From: an uncultured Chloroflexia bacterium | GTDB taxonomy: Bacteria; Chloroflexota; Limnocylindria; Limnocylindrales; CSP1-4 | NCBI GenBank assembly: GCA_963766735.1 | Contig: CAVYBU010000008.1 | Location: 224,001 to 288,000, forward strand | Length of the DNA stretch: 64,000 bases | Direction of reading: 5' to 3' | Shown: piece by piece, positions 21,916 to 31,409 of the stretch | How positions within the stretch are numbered: position 1 is the stretch's first letter | How the letters are laid out: each line of letters opens with the position of its first letter | Notes under the pieces: model-generated | Database searches by the model: none | What the model was told of the DNA's origin: nothing | The model's input: only the letters and a program-made list of their open reading frames with translations | Translations under genes and position numbers: made by a program

Positions 21916-22610
21916 CCGACGACGACGCGGTCGTGCACGAGGCGTTAGTCGGCGAGGCCGACGTGCGGCCACCATTGCCGGTCGTGTCCGGGTCGGTGGG
22001 GATCCTCGGTGGTACGTTCGACCCGATCCATCACGGCCACCTGGCCATCGCCGAGGAGGCCCGGGAGGCGCTGGGGCTGGAACGGGTGCTGCTGGTCCCG
22101 GCCGCCGATCCGCCCCACAAGCCCGCGCGACGGGTGACATCGCCGTCGCACCGCCTGGCGATGGCCGAGCTCGCGATTGCCGGCAACCCGGCCCTGGCCG
22201 TGAGCGCGATCGAGGTCGAGCGCGGCGGGGCGTCGTACACGGTGGAGACGCTCGAGGCCCTTGCGGTGGGCGGCATCGTGGACCCGTGGCTCATCCTCTC
22301 CGCCGAGGCACTGGCCGGGTTCCCGGCCTGGCACCGGCCGGACCGGATCCTGGAGCTGTGTCGCCTGGCGGTCGTGCCGCGCGGCGGCTACGAGGTGCTC
22401 GATCCGGCATGGGTCCGGGAGCACTTCCCCGGGCGCGAGGCGCGCGTAACGTTCCTGCCCGGGCCGCTCTTGCCGATCTCGGGTAGCGTGGTGCGCCGAC
22501 GGGCCGCCGCGGGCCGCTCCGTCCGCTATCTCGTCCCCGACGCGGTCGCCCACTACATCGCCGACCATGACCTCTACCTTGACCCCCCCAGGAGGATCCC
22601 GACCACGTGA
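21912..22610 (+). CDS. nadD: Nicotinate-nucleotide adenylyltransferase
   Basis: GGTFDPIHHGH, PPHK, SYTVETL, ISGS..R; obg-nadD-rsfS synteny. Confidence 0.96.
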   Translation: MTDDDAVVHEALVGEADVRPPLPVVSGSVGILGGTFDPIHHGHLAIAEEAREALGLERVLLVPAADPPHKPARRVTSPSHRLAMAELAIAGNPALAVSAIEVERGGASYTVETLEALAVGGIVDPWLILSAEALAGFPAWHRPDRILELCRLAVVPRGGYEVLDPAWVREHFPGREARVTFLPGPLLPISGSVVRRRAAAGRSVRYLVPDAVAHYIADHDLYLDPPRRIPTT

Positions 22611-23032
22611 CCGAACCCAAAGCTTCCGCTGCCCCCCGCCCGGACGGCCTGCCGGCCCGCGAGGCTGCGGCGCCCCGGACCGACGACCGCGCGCCGATGG
22701 ACCTCGCCCGACGAATCGTCGAGCTCGCCGAGGACAAGAAGGCCGCCGACATCGTGCTGCTGGACCTGGGCGAGCTCACGACCCTCGCGGATGCGTTCGT
22801 GATCTGCTCGGGTGGCTCCGAGCGCCAGATCTCGGCCATCGCCGACGGGATCGTCGGGGGCCTCCGGGACGAGGGGACGAAGCCGATCGGCCGCGAGGGC
22901 ACGCCCGAGTCCCACTGGGTCCTGCTGGACTTCGGGTCCGTGATCGTCCACGTCTTCACGCCGCCGGAGCGCGACTACTACGGCCTCGAGCAGCACTGGT
23001 CCGGCGCGAGGATCATCGTCCGCGTTCAGTAG
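22607..23032 (+). CDS. rsfS: Ribosome silencing factor
   Basis: DKKAADI..D, FVICSG.SERQ, WVLLDFG.VIVHVF, R.YYGLE..W. Confidence 0.96.
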   Translation: MTEPKASAAPRPDGLPAREAAAPRTDDRAPMDLARRIVELAEDKKAADIVLLDLGELTTLADAFVICSGGSERQISAIADGIVGGLRDEGTKPIGREGTPESHWVLLDFGSVIVHVFTPPERDYYGLEQHWSGARIIVRVQ

Positions 23033-23197
23033 GCTCCCGGGGCCGGTGTTCCGGCCGGTTGGCGTACCCCGGGGTTGGCACGCCCGGCCGGTTGGGTGGC
23101 GGAGGGGGTACTGCTAGGTCATGTCCGGCCGTGTACGGGACTCCTAGCATCCGATCAGGTCGTCGGCCGCTTGGGTTGGCGCCACCGGAGAGACCCG

Positions 23198-23452
23198 ATG
23201 TCGGGCCTGCGCGACAAGTGCCCCGGATGTAGCCGGCGCCTCATCATCACCCGATTCGATACGACGTTCAGGCTTGCCGACCGGACCGAGCGGCTGTGCT
23301 TCGGCATTCCCGGCGGCCTGTGCGAGGCCTGCCACCAGCTGTACATCGATCCCGAGCTGATCGAGATGCTGGACCTGGGCGAGGGACGCTGCGTCTTCGC
23401 CATCGAGAGCGACGTCGTCCTGCAGGAAGAGGCCTGGTCCTCGGCCGACTGA
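23198..23452 (+). CDS. Small zinc-ribbon protein (YgiT/MqsA N-terminal-like)
   Basis: RBS GGAG; CPGC...IPGGLCEACHQLY; 84 aa. Confidence 0.65.
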   Translation: MSGLRDKCPGCSRRLIITRFDTTFRLADRTERLCFGIPGGLCEACHQLYIDPELIEMLDLGEGRCVFAIESDVVLQEEAWSSAD

Positions 23453-23481
23453 CCGGTTCTCATCGCACCTGCGGCCCGAGA

Positions 23482-24531
23482 TCAGCGACGGGTCGCCACC
23501 TTGACCGCGACGTGGTCGTGGAGCCACATCGCGAAGGCCAGCCGGCGCTGGCGATCCGTCCCGGACGCCCCCTCGACCCCCTTGACGGCTGCGTCCAGCT
23601 CCAGGACCCCCTCGAGCGCGTCCTCGAGCTCGGACACCGTCCAGTTGCGAGCGGCCCTGTCCGCCTTCTCCACGCGGTAGGGGTGCACGCCCATGAGCTT
23701 GACAAGATCCGCCGGCGCCCCGTGGCTCGCCTGGTGGTCCGCGGCCATCAGGAGCTCCCGGACACGCGGTCCCAGCTGGGCGAGGATGACGGGCTCCGGA
23801 ACGGTGTCGAGGAGGCGGTCCAGCAGCGGGGTGGCGATCCGGACGTTGCGGTTGCCGACGGCGTCGAGGAAGTCCCACGTGGAGCTGGAGACGACCTCGG
23901 GGACGAGCGCCGCAACGTCGTCCAGGGTCACGGCGCCGTCGAGGCGGTACAGGGCCAGCTTCTCCAGCTCCGAGACGGCCTGGGCGCTCATGGCACGGCG
24001 ATCGACGTCCCCGCCCACGGCGTCGCCACCGACTCGCCTCGCGAGCTCTCTTGCTGCCGGGTTGTCGAGCGTGACGCCCATCTCCCGGGCACGGCCCTGG
24101 ATCCAGCTCGGGAGCTCGTTGGCCTTGGGTGCCGCGAACGCCCGACCGGATCCGCCGGCCTTCCTGACGGCGGCCTCGAGGTTCGTGAGCATCGCGGCGC
24201 GCTTCCGTCCGTCACCCACCTCGACGAACACGAGCGCGTTGCCGGGCGCGACGGTCCTGAGGAGACTCTCGACGGCTCCCTTGCCCGCCTTCGAGCGGAT
24301 CAGCGGTCCAGGGTCCGTCACCACCGCCAGCGTCCCGCCTCCGAACATCGGCGCAGTGGCGACGCGCTCCGCGATGGCCTCGGGCGTGGTCTCCCTGCCG
24401 TTGATCCGCCATCTGTCGGGCGCGGCGCCCGAGTCGCGTTCCATGTCCTTGGCGATCGCCAGCACGGCCCGATCCACGGCCCAGCCGTCGTCTCCCCAGA
24501 AGTAGGCGAGGACCGGCACGTCGAGGCTCAT
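23482..24531 (-). CDS. holA: DNA polymerase III delta subunit
   Basis: FWGDD, PMFGG, SELEKLALY, GVHPYRVEK, LDAAVKG; follows comEA-comEC. Confidence 0.9.
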   Translation of the reverse strand: MSLDVPVLAYFWGDDGWAVDRAVLAIAKDMERDSGAAPDRWRINGRETTPEAIAERVATAPMFGGGTLAVVTDPGPLIRSKAGKGAVESLLRTVAPGNALVFVEVGDGRKRAAMLTNLEAAVRKAGGSGRAFAAPKANELPSWIQGRAREMGVTLDNPAARELARRVGGDAVGGDVDRRAMSAQAVSELEKLALYRLDGAVTLDDVAALVPEVVSSSTWDFLDAVGNRNVRIATPLLDRLLDTVPEPVILAQLGPRVRELLMAADHQASHGAPADLVKLMGVHPYRVEKADRAARNWTVSELEDALEGVLELDAAVKGVEGASGTDRQRRLAFAMWLHDHVAVKVATRR

Positions 24532-25121
24532 GCGGCGGCATCCCGGAAGGCGCGACGGGACCAGCGGAGGCGGCGAACGTCCGCTGGCCGCACCCCGGCC
24601 GCAGCGCACACGCCCAACTCCAGCTCGCGCGCCCGTGCCTCCAGGAGCTCAGCCTCGGATTTGCTCCAGCCTCCTGCGGGGGAGCGGCGAAGCCACGCCC
24701 CGAAACGCTCCGTCATGGGCTCGAGGCGCTGGCCGGCACGCTTGTCTGCATACGAGACCACCCTGGCCTCGAGCGGGGCCGTGCGAACCAGGGCGCGGTA
24801 ATCCGGACTCGCGAGGCGTGTCACCGGATGGTCGCGGACCACGTCCGCCAGCTCGGGCCAGCCATATGCCTCGAGCCAGGCCGCGGAGCCCTCGCCGTGA
24901 CGGAGCGCGGCCGGGGCTCCGGCAGCGGGCAGCTTGTCGATGTCGTGCAGGAGCGCCGCCACCTCCACCAGCGAGCGGTCCACGGCATGACCGTTCACCG
25001 CCATCCGCAGCGCGAGCCACGAGGCGACGTCCGCCACGGCGCACACGTGGCGGACGTACCACTCCGGCGGCTCCAGGGAGCGCAGCAGGCGGGCGGCCTC
25101 GGACCGGGACGGGATCGTCAT
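24528..25121 (-). CDS. HD-domain phosphohydrolase
   Basis: RH...ALLHDIDK, HGEGSA, VRDH, YADKR. Confidence 0.85.
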   Translation of the reverse strand: MTIPSRSEAARLLRSLEPPEWYVRHVCAVADVASWLALRMAVNGHAVDRSLVEVAALLHDIDKLPAAGAPAALRHGEGSAAWLEAYGWPELADVVRDHPVTRLASPDYRALVRTAPLEARVVSYADKRAGQRLEPMTERFGAWLRRSPAGGWSKSEAELLEARARELELGVCAAAGVRPADVRRLRWSRRAFRDAAA

Positions 25122-27654
25122 CGGAGGGATCGTAGCCGGTGACGGATGCGCGGGTGGGGGACAGGGGGGCGGCGGACAGCAAACCTGGCCCCTGTTCGGC
25201 TATTGACCCCGTCGAGGCTGCGGCCGCCAGACTGGTCGGGGTGCCGGCCGACCGTCCCGTCCCGGCCGCGTGCACGACCACTCCGTCCGGGCGCAGGGCC
25301 ACCTCAATCGTTCCGTCCCGGTCGGTTCGGTACACCCGGGCGCCCGCCTCCCGCAGCCGTGCGAGCGCCGAGGGTGCGGGGTGGCCGTAGTCGTTGTCGG
25401 CGCCGACGGAGATGAGCGCGATGGCTGGCCTGGTGACGCCCAGGAGCTCGGCCGACGTCGCGGTTGCGCTGCCGTGGTGGGCCACCTTGAGGACGTCCAG
25501 GCGCGGCAGCCCGCGGGCGACCAAGGCCGGATCGACATCATCCTCCGCGTCACCGGTGAGCAGGAATCGCCGGCCGCCCACCTCACCCAGGAGGATCACC
25601 GAGGCGCCATTGATCGCTCGGCCGGTGGCAGCGGGTTCCCCGGGCACGGTGCCCGGGCCGGGCCACAGGACCGTCAGGCGGATCTCGTCGAGCAGGATCC
25701 GGGCGCCGGCCGCAAGGGTTCCGTGCGGAGGGCCGTGCCGCAGGGCTGCGTCCCATGCCGCCCAACCGGGACCTGACCCATGCATGCCGGGCTCGTAGGC
25801 CCTCCCAACCCGGTACCTGTCCAGCACCCGCACGAGCCCGGCGACGTGATCCTCGTGAGGATGGGTCAGGACGAGCACGTCGATCCGGCGGTCCCACGGT
25901 GGAATGCGGGCATCCAGCTGCAGCAGGAGCCGGTCCGGGTCCGGTCCTCCGTCCACGAGCATCCGGGCCCCGCCCGCGCTCTCGACGAGGATGGCGTCCC
26001 CCTGGCCGATGTCCAGCATCACCAGTCGGGTCGAGCGGCCCGCGGCATCTCCCAGGGCGAGCGTCGCGACACCGACGACGAGTGCCGCCGCCACGGCGAT
26101 GCCGCGCTGGGCCGCGGTCGACCCTCGTCGGGACCTCGACCCGGCAACCGGTGCGGGTCTCGCTGGTGCGGGCGTCCTGCGGGTCCCGTCCCCGCGTGAA
26201 CGGATCCGCCGGAGGAGCATCGGAACAGCGAGGATCGCGATCGCTGCCATGGCCGCCGCCGGAGCCGCGAGACCAGGCGGCAACGCGAGCGCCGCGAACG
26301 GGAGCCCCGCGGCGACCCGCACGAGCGCGACGATCACGTGCAGCACGAGCCAGCCCGGGAGCCCGGCGACCACACCGACCAGCGGCGGTCCCCCGACGGC
26401 GACGAGTCCACCGGCCAGCATCGCCGCGACGCCGCCGGCCATGGCGACCGGCACCAGCGGGACGACGGCAAGGTTCACGGCCGGCGAGACCAGCGACAGC
26501 CGGCCGAAGGTGGCGATGACGTCCGGCAGGGTCGCGGCCTGGGCCGCCAGGGAGATCCCCAGGCTCTCGGCCAGCCACCGGGGCACACGCCCCCCGCGAA
26601 GCTGTCCGATCCACGCCCCGAGCGGTGAGGCCCAGGCGAGCAGGCCCGCCGTTGCCATCACCGACAGGCGGAAGCCGGCGTCGCCGATCATCCCCGGGTC
26701 CACCAGCAGGAGGATTGCCGCTGCCAGCCCGAGGGCGACCGCGGCCCGACCCGCCCGTCCTGACTCGCGTGCCGCCAGGACCACGGCGGCCATCACCGCG
26801 GCCCGGACGACCGACGGCGAGGCACCCGCCGCCACCACGTAGGCCACGATCGTCCCGCCCACGACCACGGCGACCAGGCGCCTCGGTCTCCCGCGCATCA
26901 CCGCGCCCACGAGGCCGGCGACGATGGCGATGTTCCAGCCCGAGATCGCCACGATATGGCTCGCGCCGGCCGTGGCGAAGTCCGCCGCGAGGTCCCGGTC
27001 CACCCGCTCCCGCAGACCGATGAGGATCCCGGCTGCCAGCCCCGCCTCGGGCTCCGGGAGGGCCAGCCTCAACGCGTCGCCGGCCCCGTCCCGGAGCGCC
27101 TGCAGGCTGCCGCCGTCCGGCGGCGTCAGGATGCGCACATCCGATGCCCGGAGACTGCCGGAAGCCCCCGTTCGCCGGAGGTACTCCCCGTAGGGATCGT
27201 CGTCCGGCGGCGGCCGGAGGCGTCCGTCCACCTCCACCTCGGCGCCGGCGGCGAGGACCGGGAAGGCGGGCAGGGTGCCCGCGACCAGCACGTCTCCCGC
27301 CGCCGTGTGCAGGCGTAGCCGCGCGACCTGGCTCCCGTCCAGCGACGAGCTCATGGATTCAACTGACGCCCGCCACGGCCCCGACGTCGTGTCGGGGAGA
27401 CCGGGTGGGGGCGGCGCCGATGGTCCAGCCAGGACGCGCAGCCCGAGCAGTACCATGCCGACGCTCACTGCCGTGACCGCGATCCCGCGCGGACCGGCGA
27501 GGGCGGACCAACCCGAGCGGCCGGCCGCGACCCCGAGCAGCCCGGCGACACACAGCGCCGCCGCCGGCAGGCCAGCGGCGGCCGCGACCGCTCCGACGGC
27601 GACACCCGCGGCGAGCCACACGCTGCGCGGAACACCGGAGCGCCGGGTGGTCAC
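24649..27654 (-). CDS. comEC: DNA uptake competence protein ComEC/Rec2 (C-terminal tail overlaps the HD gene)
   Basis: SHIVAISGWN, RAAVM, GFRLS; MBL domain LDIGQGD, THPHEDH, KVAHHGS, NDYGHP, RTDRDG. Confidence 0.93.
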   Translation of the reverse strand: MTTRRSGVPRSVWLAAGVAVGAVAAAAGLPAAALCVAGLLGVAAGRSGWSALAGPRGIAVTAVSVGMVLLGLRVLAGPSAPPPPGLPDTTSGPWRASVESMSSSLDGSQVARLRLHTAAGDVLVAGTLPAFPVLAAGAEVEVDGRLRPPPDDDPYGEYLRRTGASGSLRASDVRILTPPDGGSLQALRDGAGDALRLALPEPEAGLAAGILIGLRERVDRDLAADFATAGASHIVAISGWNIAIVAGLVGAVMRGRPRRLVAVVVGGTIVAYVVAAGASPSVVRAAVMAAVVLAARESGRAGRAAVALGLAAAILLLVDPGMIGDAGFRLSVMATAGLLAWASPLGAWIGQLRGGRVPRWLAESLGISLAAQAATLPDVIATFGRLSLVSPAVNLAVVPLVPVAMAGGVAAMLAGGLVAVGGPPLVGVVAGLPGWLVLHVIVALVRVAAGLPFAALALPPGLAAPAAAMAAIAILAVPMLLRRIRSRGDGTRRTPAPARPAPVAGSRSRRGSTAAQRGIAVAAALVVGVATLALGDAAGRSTRLVMLDIGQGDAILVESAGGARMLVDGGPDPDRLLLQLDARIPPWDRRIDVLVLTHPHEDHVAGLVRVLDRYRVGRAYEPGMHGSGPGWAAWDAALRHGPPHGTLAAGARILLDEIRLTVLWPGPGTVPGEPAATGRAINGASVILLGEVGGRRFLLTGDAEDDVDPALVARGLPRLDVLKVAHHGSATATSAELLGVTRPAIALISVGADNDYGHPAPSALARLREAGARVYRTDRDGTIEVALRPDGVVVHAAGTGRSAGTPTSLAAAASTGSIAEQGPGLLSAAPLSPTRASVTGYDPSDDDPVPVRGRPPAALPGAAGVVRPPRVRRGGRRLVARAADGGERSCRGPLAGGGGGAPARHRQAARCRSPGRAPSRRGLRGLARGIWLARAGGRGPRPSGDTPRESGLPRPGSHGPARGQGGLVCRQACRPAPRAHDGAFRGVASPLPRRRLEQIRG

Positions 27655-28382
27655 GGGCTGACGGTCACGAGCGCCTGGATCTTCGCCAGCGTGGCCGCAC
27701 CCACGGCCTTCCGGTCGCGGACGTCGTCCAGCGAGGCGAACGGCCGCTCCTCGCGGGCCGCGATGATCTTCGCCGCCGTCGCCGGACCCACCCCGGGCAG
27801 CGTGTCCAGCTGCTCCGCGGTCGCCCGGTTCAGGTCGATGAGGCCGGCGCTCGTGGGCCCTTCCGCGCTGCCACCCCCGGCACCCGCTCCGCCACCGGCA
27901 GCCGCCGGCGCCCCGGTCTCGCCCCGTGCAGGCACGTGGATCTCGTCGCCGTCCCGGACGAGCGCCGCGAGGTTCAGGGCCCGGTCCGCCCCCTCGACAT
28001 CCACGCGCGGTCCGAAGCCGCCCGCAGCGGCCACCGCGTCCGCCACGCGCGAGCCTGCCGGCAGCCGGTAGACCCCAGGCCGGGTGACGGCCCCGCCGAC
28101 CTCGACCACGACCTCGACCTCGGCTTCGCCTGCGGCGATCGCCGGGTCCGCCGACGAAGGACCCGCCTGCACGAGGGCTCCGGCGACGAGGTTCCCCGCG
28201 CCATCGACACCGACGAGTGGCTCGGGCCGCGCGGCCAGGACGAGGGCCGCGCCCGCGATGGCGACGGCAAGGGCCATTGCGCTGATCGCAAGCCAGGGCA
28301 TGCCACGTGTTCCGGCCTCCGCGGCCGGGGGCTCAGGTTCACTGGACTCGAGGACGCGCCAAGGCGCGCTGGAGGGCTCCAC
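27651..28382 (-). CDS. comEA: Competence DNA receptor ComEA
   Basis: TM helix, SLBB (GAVTRPGVYRLPAGSRVADA, NLA..VRDG), HhH (IDLNRATAEQLDTLPGVGPATA). Confidence 0.95.
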   Translation of the reverse strand: MEPSSAPWRVLESSEPEPPAAEAGTRGMPWLAISAMALAVAIAGAALVLAARPEPLVGVDGAGNLVAGALVQAGPSSADPAIAAGEAEVEVVVEVGGAVTRPGVYRLPAGSRVADAVAAAGGFGPRVDVEGADRALNLAALVRDGDEIHVPARGETGAPAAAGGGAGAGGGSAEGPTSAGLIDLNRATAEQLDTLPGVGPATAAKIIAAREERPFASLDDVRDRKAVGAATLAKIQALVTVSP

Positions 28383-28549
28383 GGACGGACAGCTCCCCGG
28401 CGGGCACGGAGGCGGGCGATGGGGTGACCGCCGCCTCGTCGGGGGCACATCCGGCGGGGCGGTGGTCTGGCCGAACTCTATGAGGCGCCACTTATTGGCG
28501 ACTTATCCCTGCGCGGGCGCAGTCCGGCAACCCCGTCTACGATCATTTC

Positions 28550-29224
28550 GTGACCAGCGATCCGTTTCCCAGCGAGCGCGTCGCCGCGATGGCGCGGCGC
28601 ATGCCTGCATACCTCCGCCTGGCGTGGCGCCTCGCCCGCGATCCTCTTCTCAGCCGCGCGCGGCGGGCGGCGGTGGTCGGGGCCGCGGGTTACCTCGCTT
28701 CGCCGATCGATCTCGTGCCGGGAGTGATCCCGGTACTCGGGCAGCTGGACGACCTTGCCGTGGCGTTGGCAGTGATCCGCCTGGCCCTGTCCGGCCTCAG
28801 CCCGGAGCGACGCCGGCTCCACCTGGAGGCAGTCGGCCTGACCGACACGGACCTGTCCGCGGATCTACGCACCATCGGCGCTGCCACGGTCTGGATCCTC
28901 CGCGTCGGCGCACGCACCACGGCCCGGGTGGCGACGGTGGGCGGACGCGCGGCGATCTCGGGCGCAGGTCTTGCTGTCCGGACCTCGAGGGTGATGGCGA
29001 AGAAGTCGACGGGTGCCGCGAAGTCCGCCTCGGGCGCGGCGCGGGCTGCGACAGGCGCTGCGCGGTCAGCATCCGACGCGGCGCGGTCTGCAACAGGGGC
29101 GGCGCGTTCCGCCTCGGGTGCTGCGATGGCACGGATCCCGCGCCGCCGGTTCCGAGACCTGTCCGTCGAGACACTGGCCGTCGAGCAGGAGGGCGACCCG
29201 CCGCAGGAGTCCACGAAGACGTAG
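28550..29224 (+). CDS. YkvA/DUF1232 family protein
   Basis: YLASPIDLVP.VIPVLGQLDD; C-terminal heptad repeats of the SASGAAR type. Confidence 0.85.
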   Translation: MTSDPFPSERVAAMARRMPAYLRLAWRLARDPLLSRARRAAVVGAAGYLASPIDLVPGVIPVLGQLDDLAVALAVIRLALSGLSPERRRLHLEAVGLTDTDLSADLRTIGAATVWILRVGARTTARVATVGGRAAISGAGLAVRTSRVMAKKSTGAAKSASGAARAATGAARSASDAARSATGAARSASGAAMARIPRRRFRDLSVETLAVEQEGDPPQESTKT

Positions 29225-29225
29225 A

Positions 29226-29462
29226 TCAGGCGGATCGACCCTCGAGGCGCGTGGCGGCAGTGCACGCCGCGTCAGAGATTGCGTGGGTGGCCCTGCTGAA
29301 CGCCCGGAGCGGCAGGGCAGCGAACCCCCGCATCCGAGCCGGCCAGGCGGACGTCATGTTCTTATCCAGGTTGGCCAGGAGACGGTGGCGGGATGCCGCC
29401 CGCTCGAGCTCCCGGGCGCGCTCGCGGGCGAGGTCATGGGCAAGCCAGGGGTGCAGCATCAC
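29226..29462 (-). CDS. Small hypothetical protein
   Basis: RBS AAAGGAG; overlaps the stop of the upstream small ORF; LARERARELERAASRHRL helix. Confidence 0.6.
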   Translation of the reverse strand: MMLHPWLAHDLARERARELERAASRHRLLANLDKNMTSAWPARMRGFAALPLRAFSRATHAISDAACTAATRLEGRSA

Positions 29463-29584
29463 GTTGCGTCTCCTTTCCAGTGGTTCTGCCGCTCGAAGCC
29501 TTCACGGCTCTCGAGGCCGGCAGCCGCGGCGATCGCCCCGAACACGAGGAGTCCGCCCACGAGAAGCGGAATGAGGACGTCCAT
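29459..29584 (-). CDS. 41-aa single-TM protein
   Basis: RBS GGAG; MDVLIPLLVGGLLVFGAIAAAAGLESREGF. Confidence 0.6.
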   Translation of the reverse strand: MDVLIPLLVGGLLVFGAIAAAAGLESREGFERQNHWKGDAT

Positions 29585-29610
29585 AGTTGCTGCTCCGAGT
29601 GTCATGAATG

Positions 29611-29688
29611 GTAACCAGTTTGCTGGCGCAAACCGGTTACGAGAATACCCACTTGCGCGTAACCTGTCAATACCAATAAAATGGTTAC
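29611..29688. promoter_or_regulatory. Tandem operator, 2 x GTAACC-N18-GGTTAC
   Basis: Half-sites start at 29611, 29635, 29659 and 29683 in an AT-rich divergent intergenic region. Confidence 0.8.
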
Positions 29689-29696
29689 CACAACAG

Positions 29697-30369
29697 ATGA
29701 GCACCGCAGACGCCACACCCGCCCCCGCCGTCCATGTTCTCGGGCATGCCCACGACGCGGACCTCGAGACGTGCCTCGACTTCGTCAACACCGAATCGCA
29801 CGACGACGGCGTCGCGACCGAGCACCTCGTGACGGCCGAGGATGCGATCGGCTGGTTCGTCCAGCAAGGCCTGGCGCACGAGCACGCCCTCCGCGACCAG
29901 GCGGGGCTGGGTGCTGGGCCATGGCTCGGACGCGTGCATGCTGCCCGGGCGGCGCTCCGAGCTGTCTGGGATGCGCAGGTGGAGCATCGGGTTCCGGATC
30001 AGCGCGTGCTCGACACCCTGAATGCCGTTCTCAGCGAGGCGCCGCGCATCGAGCTGGTCGCCGGCGATGCGTGTTGCGGCATCGGGCACCGCCACGCAAC
30101 GGACGACCCGCTCGGTGAGGCGCTGGCGGGCGTGGTCGGACCTCTGGTCCGCGCGATTGCGGCGGGCGAAACCGGCCGCTTCCGGATCTGCGCGAATGAC
30201 GGGTGCCGCTGGGTGTTCGAGGATACCTCGCGCGGTGGTCGCCGCCGGTGGTGCGAGATGTCCTCCTGCGGCAACCGGGCGAAGGTCCGCCGCTTCCGGT
30301 CGCGACGGAAGGCCGGTGACCCGGCCGACTGCCGCCGACGTCGGCGAGACGCCCGCGACGGAGACCTAG
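29697..30369 (+). CDS. ABATE/CGNR zinc-finger domain protein (3' end uncertain, possible indel)
   Basis: LDFVNT; RICANDGCRWVFEDTSRGGRRRWCEMSSCGNRAKVRRFR; the reading frame has no stop until 31337, while another frame stops at 30369. Confidence 0.88.
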
Positions 30370-31304
30370 ATCTTCTCGAGGAGCGGCCTGACCTCCGTCG
30401 CGTAGCGCGTCATCGACTCCTCGTCGTAGAGCGACGGGTAACCTGCGATCAGGTGCCGGTACCCGAGCTCCACGTACGGGGCCAGCTTCTCGACCACGTC
30501 CTCGGGCGTGCCGACGGGCTGGTCCGTCCAGTGGCGGGCGACCCGGTTGCGCTCGAACGCCTCGTGGAACACGCGCTCAGCCTCCGCGCGGTCATCCCGG
30601 ATGACGACGACGCCCACGTTCGTGGTCCGTTCGATCTCCGCGGGGTTGCGGCCAACGGTCTCGCAGTGCTGCTTGAGGATCTCCTCCTTGCGCTGCACCA
30701 CCGCGAACCCGCCGCCGATGTTGCACATGTCGCCGTACCGTGCCACCAGCTTGAGGGTGACCTGTTCCCCGCCGCCGCCGATGCAGATCGGCAGGTGCGC
30801 CTGGACGGGCGCGGGGAGGTTGCGCGTGTTCTGGGAGTGGTAGTGGTCGCCCTTCGCCGTCGGCTCGGTGCCGTCGAGCATGCCGCGCATGATCGGGAGG
30901 GCCTCGCCCAGCCAGCGGAGCCGCTCCGGGAACCCGGACCCGAAGTCGATGCCGAAGTCGATGTGCTCCTCCTCGAACCACGCCCCGCCGATGCCGAGGA
31001 TCGCCCGTCCGCCGGAGATGTGGTCCAGCGTGGTCGCCATCTTCGCGACGAGCGCGGGATTGCGGAACGGGTTGGCACCGACCATGAGGCCGATGCGGGC
31101 CCGTTTCGTCGCCTGTGCCCAGGCCGCGATCGTCAGCCAGCCCTCGTAGTTGGGCCCGTGCGAGTCGCCGACGATCGGATAGAGGTGGTCCCAGGTCCAG
31201 AGGCTGTCGTAGCCCAGGGCGTCGGCGCGCACGCCCGCCCCGAGCAGCGCCGGCCACTCGGCGTACTGGTTCCAGCAGAGTGCGCCAATCCTGATGTCGT
31301 TCAT
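30366..31304 (-). CDS. LLM-class (likely F420-dependent) oxidoreductase
   Basis: GYDSLWTWDH, RNPALVAKMATTLDHISGGR.ILGIG..W..EH, IGGGGE. Confidence 0.92.
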   Translation of the reverse strand: MNDIRIGALCWNQYAEWPALLGAGVRADALGYDSLWTWDHLYPIVGDSHGPNYEGWLTIAAWAQATKRARIGLMVGANPFRNPALVAKMATTLDHISGGRAILGIGGAWFEEEHIDFGIDFGSGFPERLRWLGEALPIMRGMLDGTEPTAKGDHYHSQNTRNLPAPVQAHLPICIGGGGEQVTLKLVARYGDMCNIGGGFAVVQRKEEILKQHCETVGRNPAEIERTTNVGVVVIRDDRAEAERVFHEAFERNRVARHWTDQPVGTPEDVVEKLAPYVELGYRHLIAGYPSLYDEESMTRYATEVRPLLEKI

Positions 31305-31409
31305 GGCCCCAGTCTATGCCGCGGACATTCCCGGTGAATGACCCGCGCTGTGCCACGGGCCGGTGCGAGAATGGCTCCCATTGGGATTCGCCCGAACGGA
31401 GTTGCTGCC

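Noticed and set aside
29010-29125. 21-bp-period repeat
   Set aside because: Degenerate coding heptad repeat within the YkvA-like protein tail; no sign of an independent function
29013-31337. 774-aa ORF in the track
   Set aside because: Only 29697 to ~30320 is CGNR-like; the remainder is upstream sequence and antisense shadow of the LLM gene
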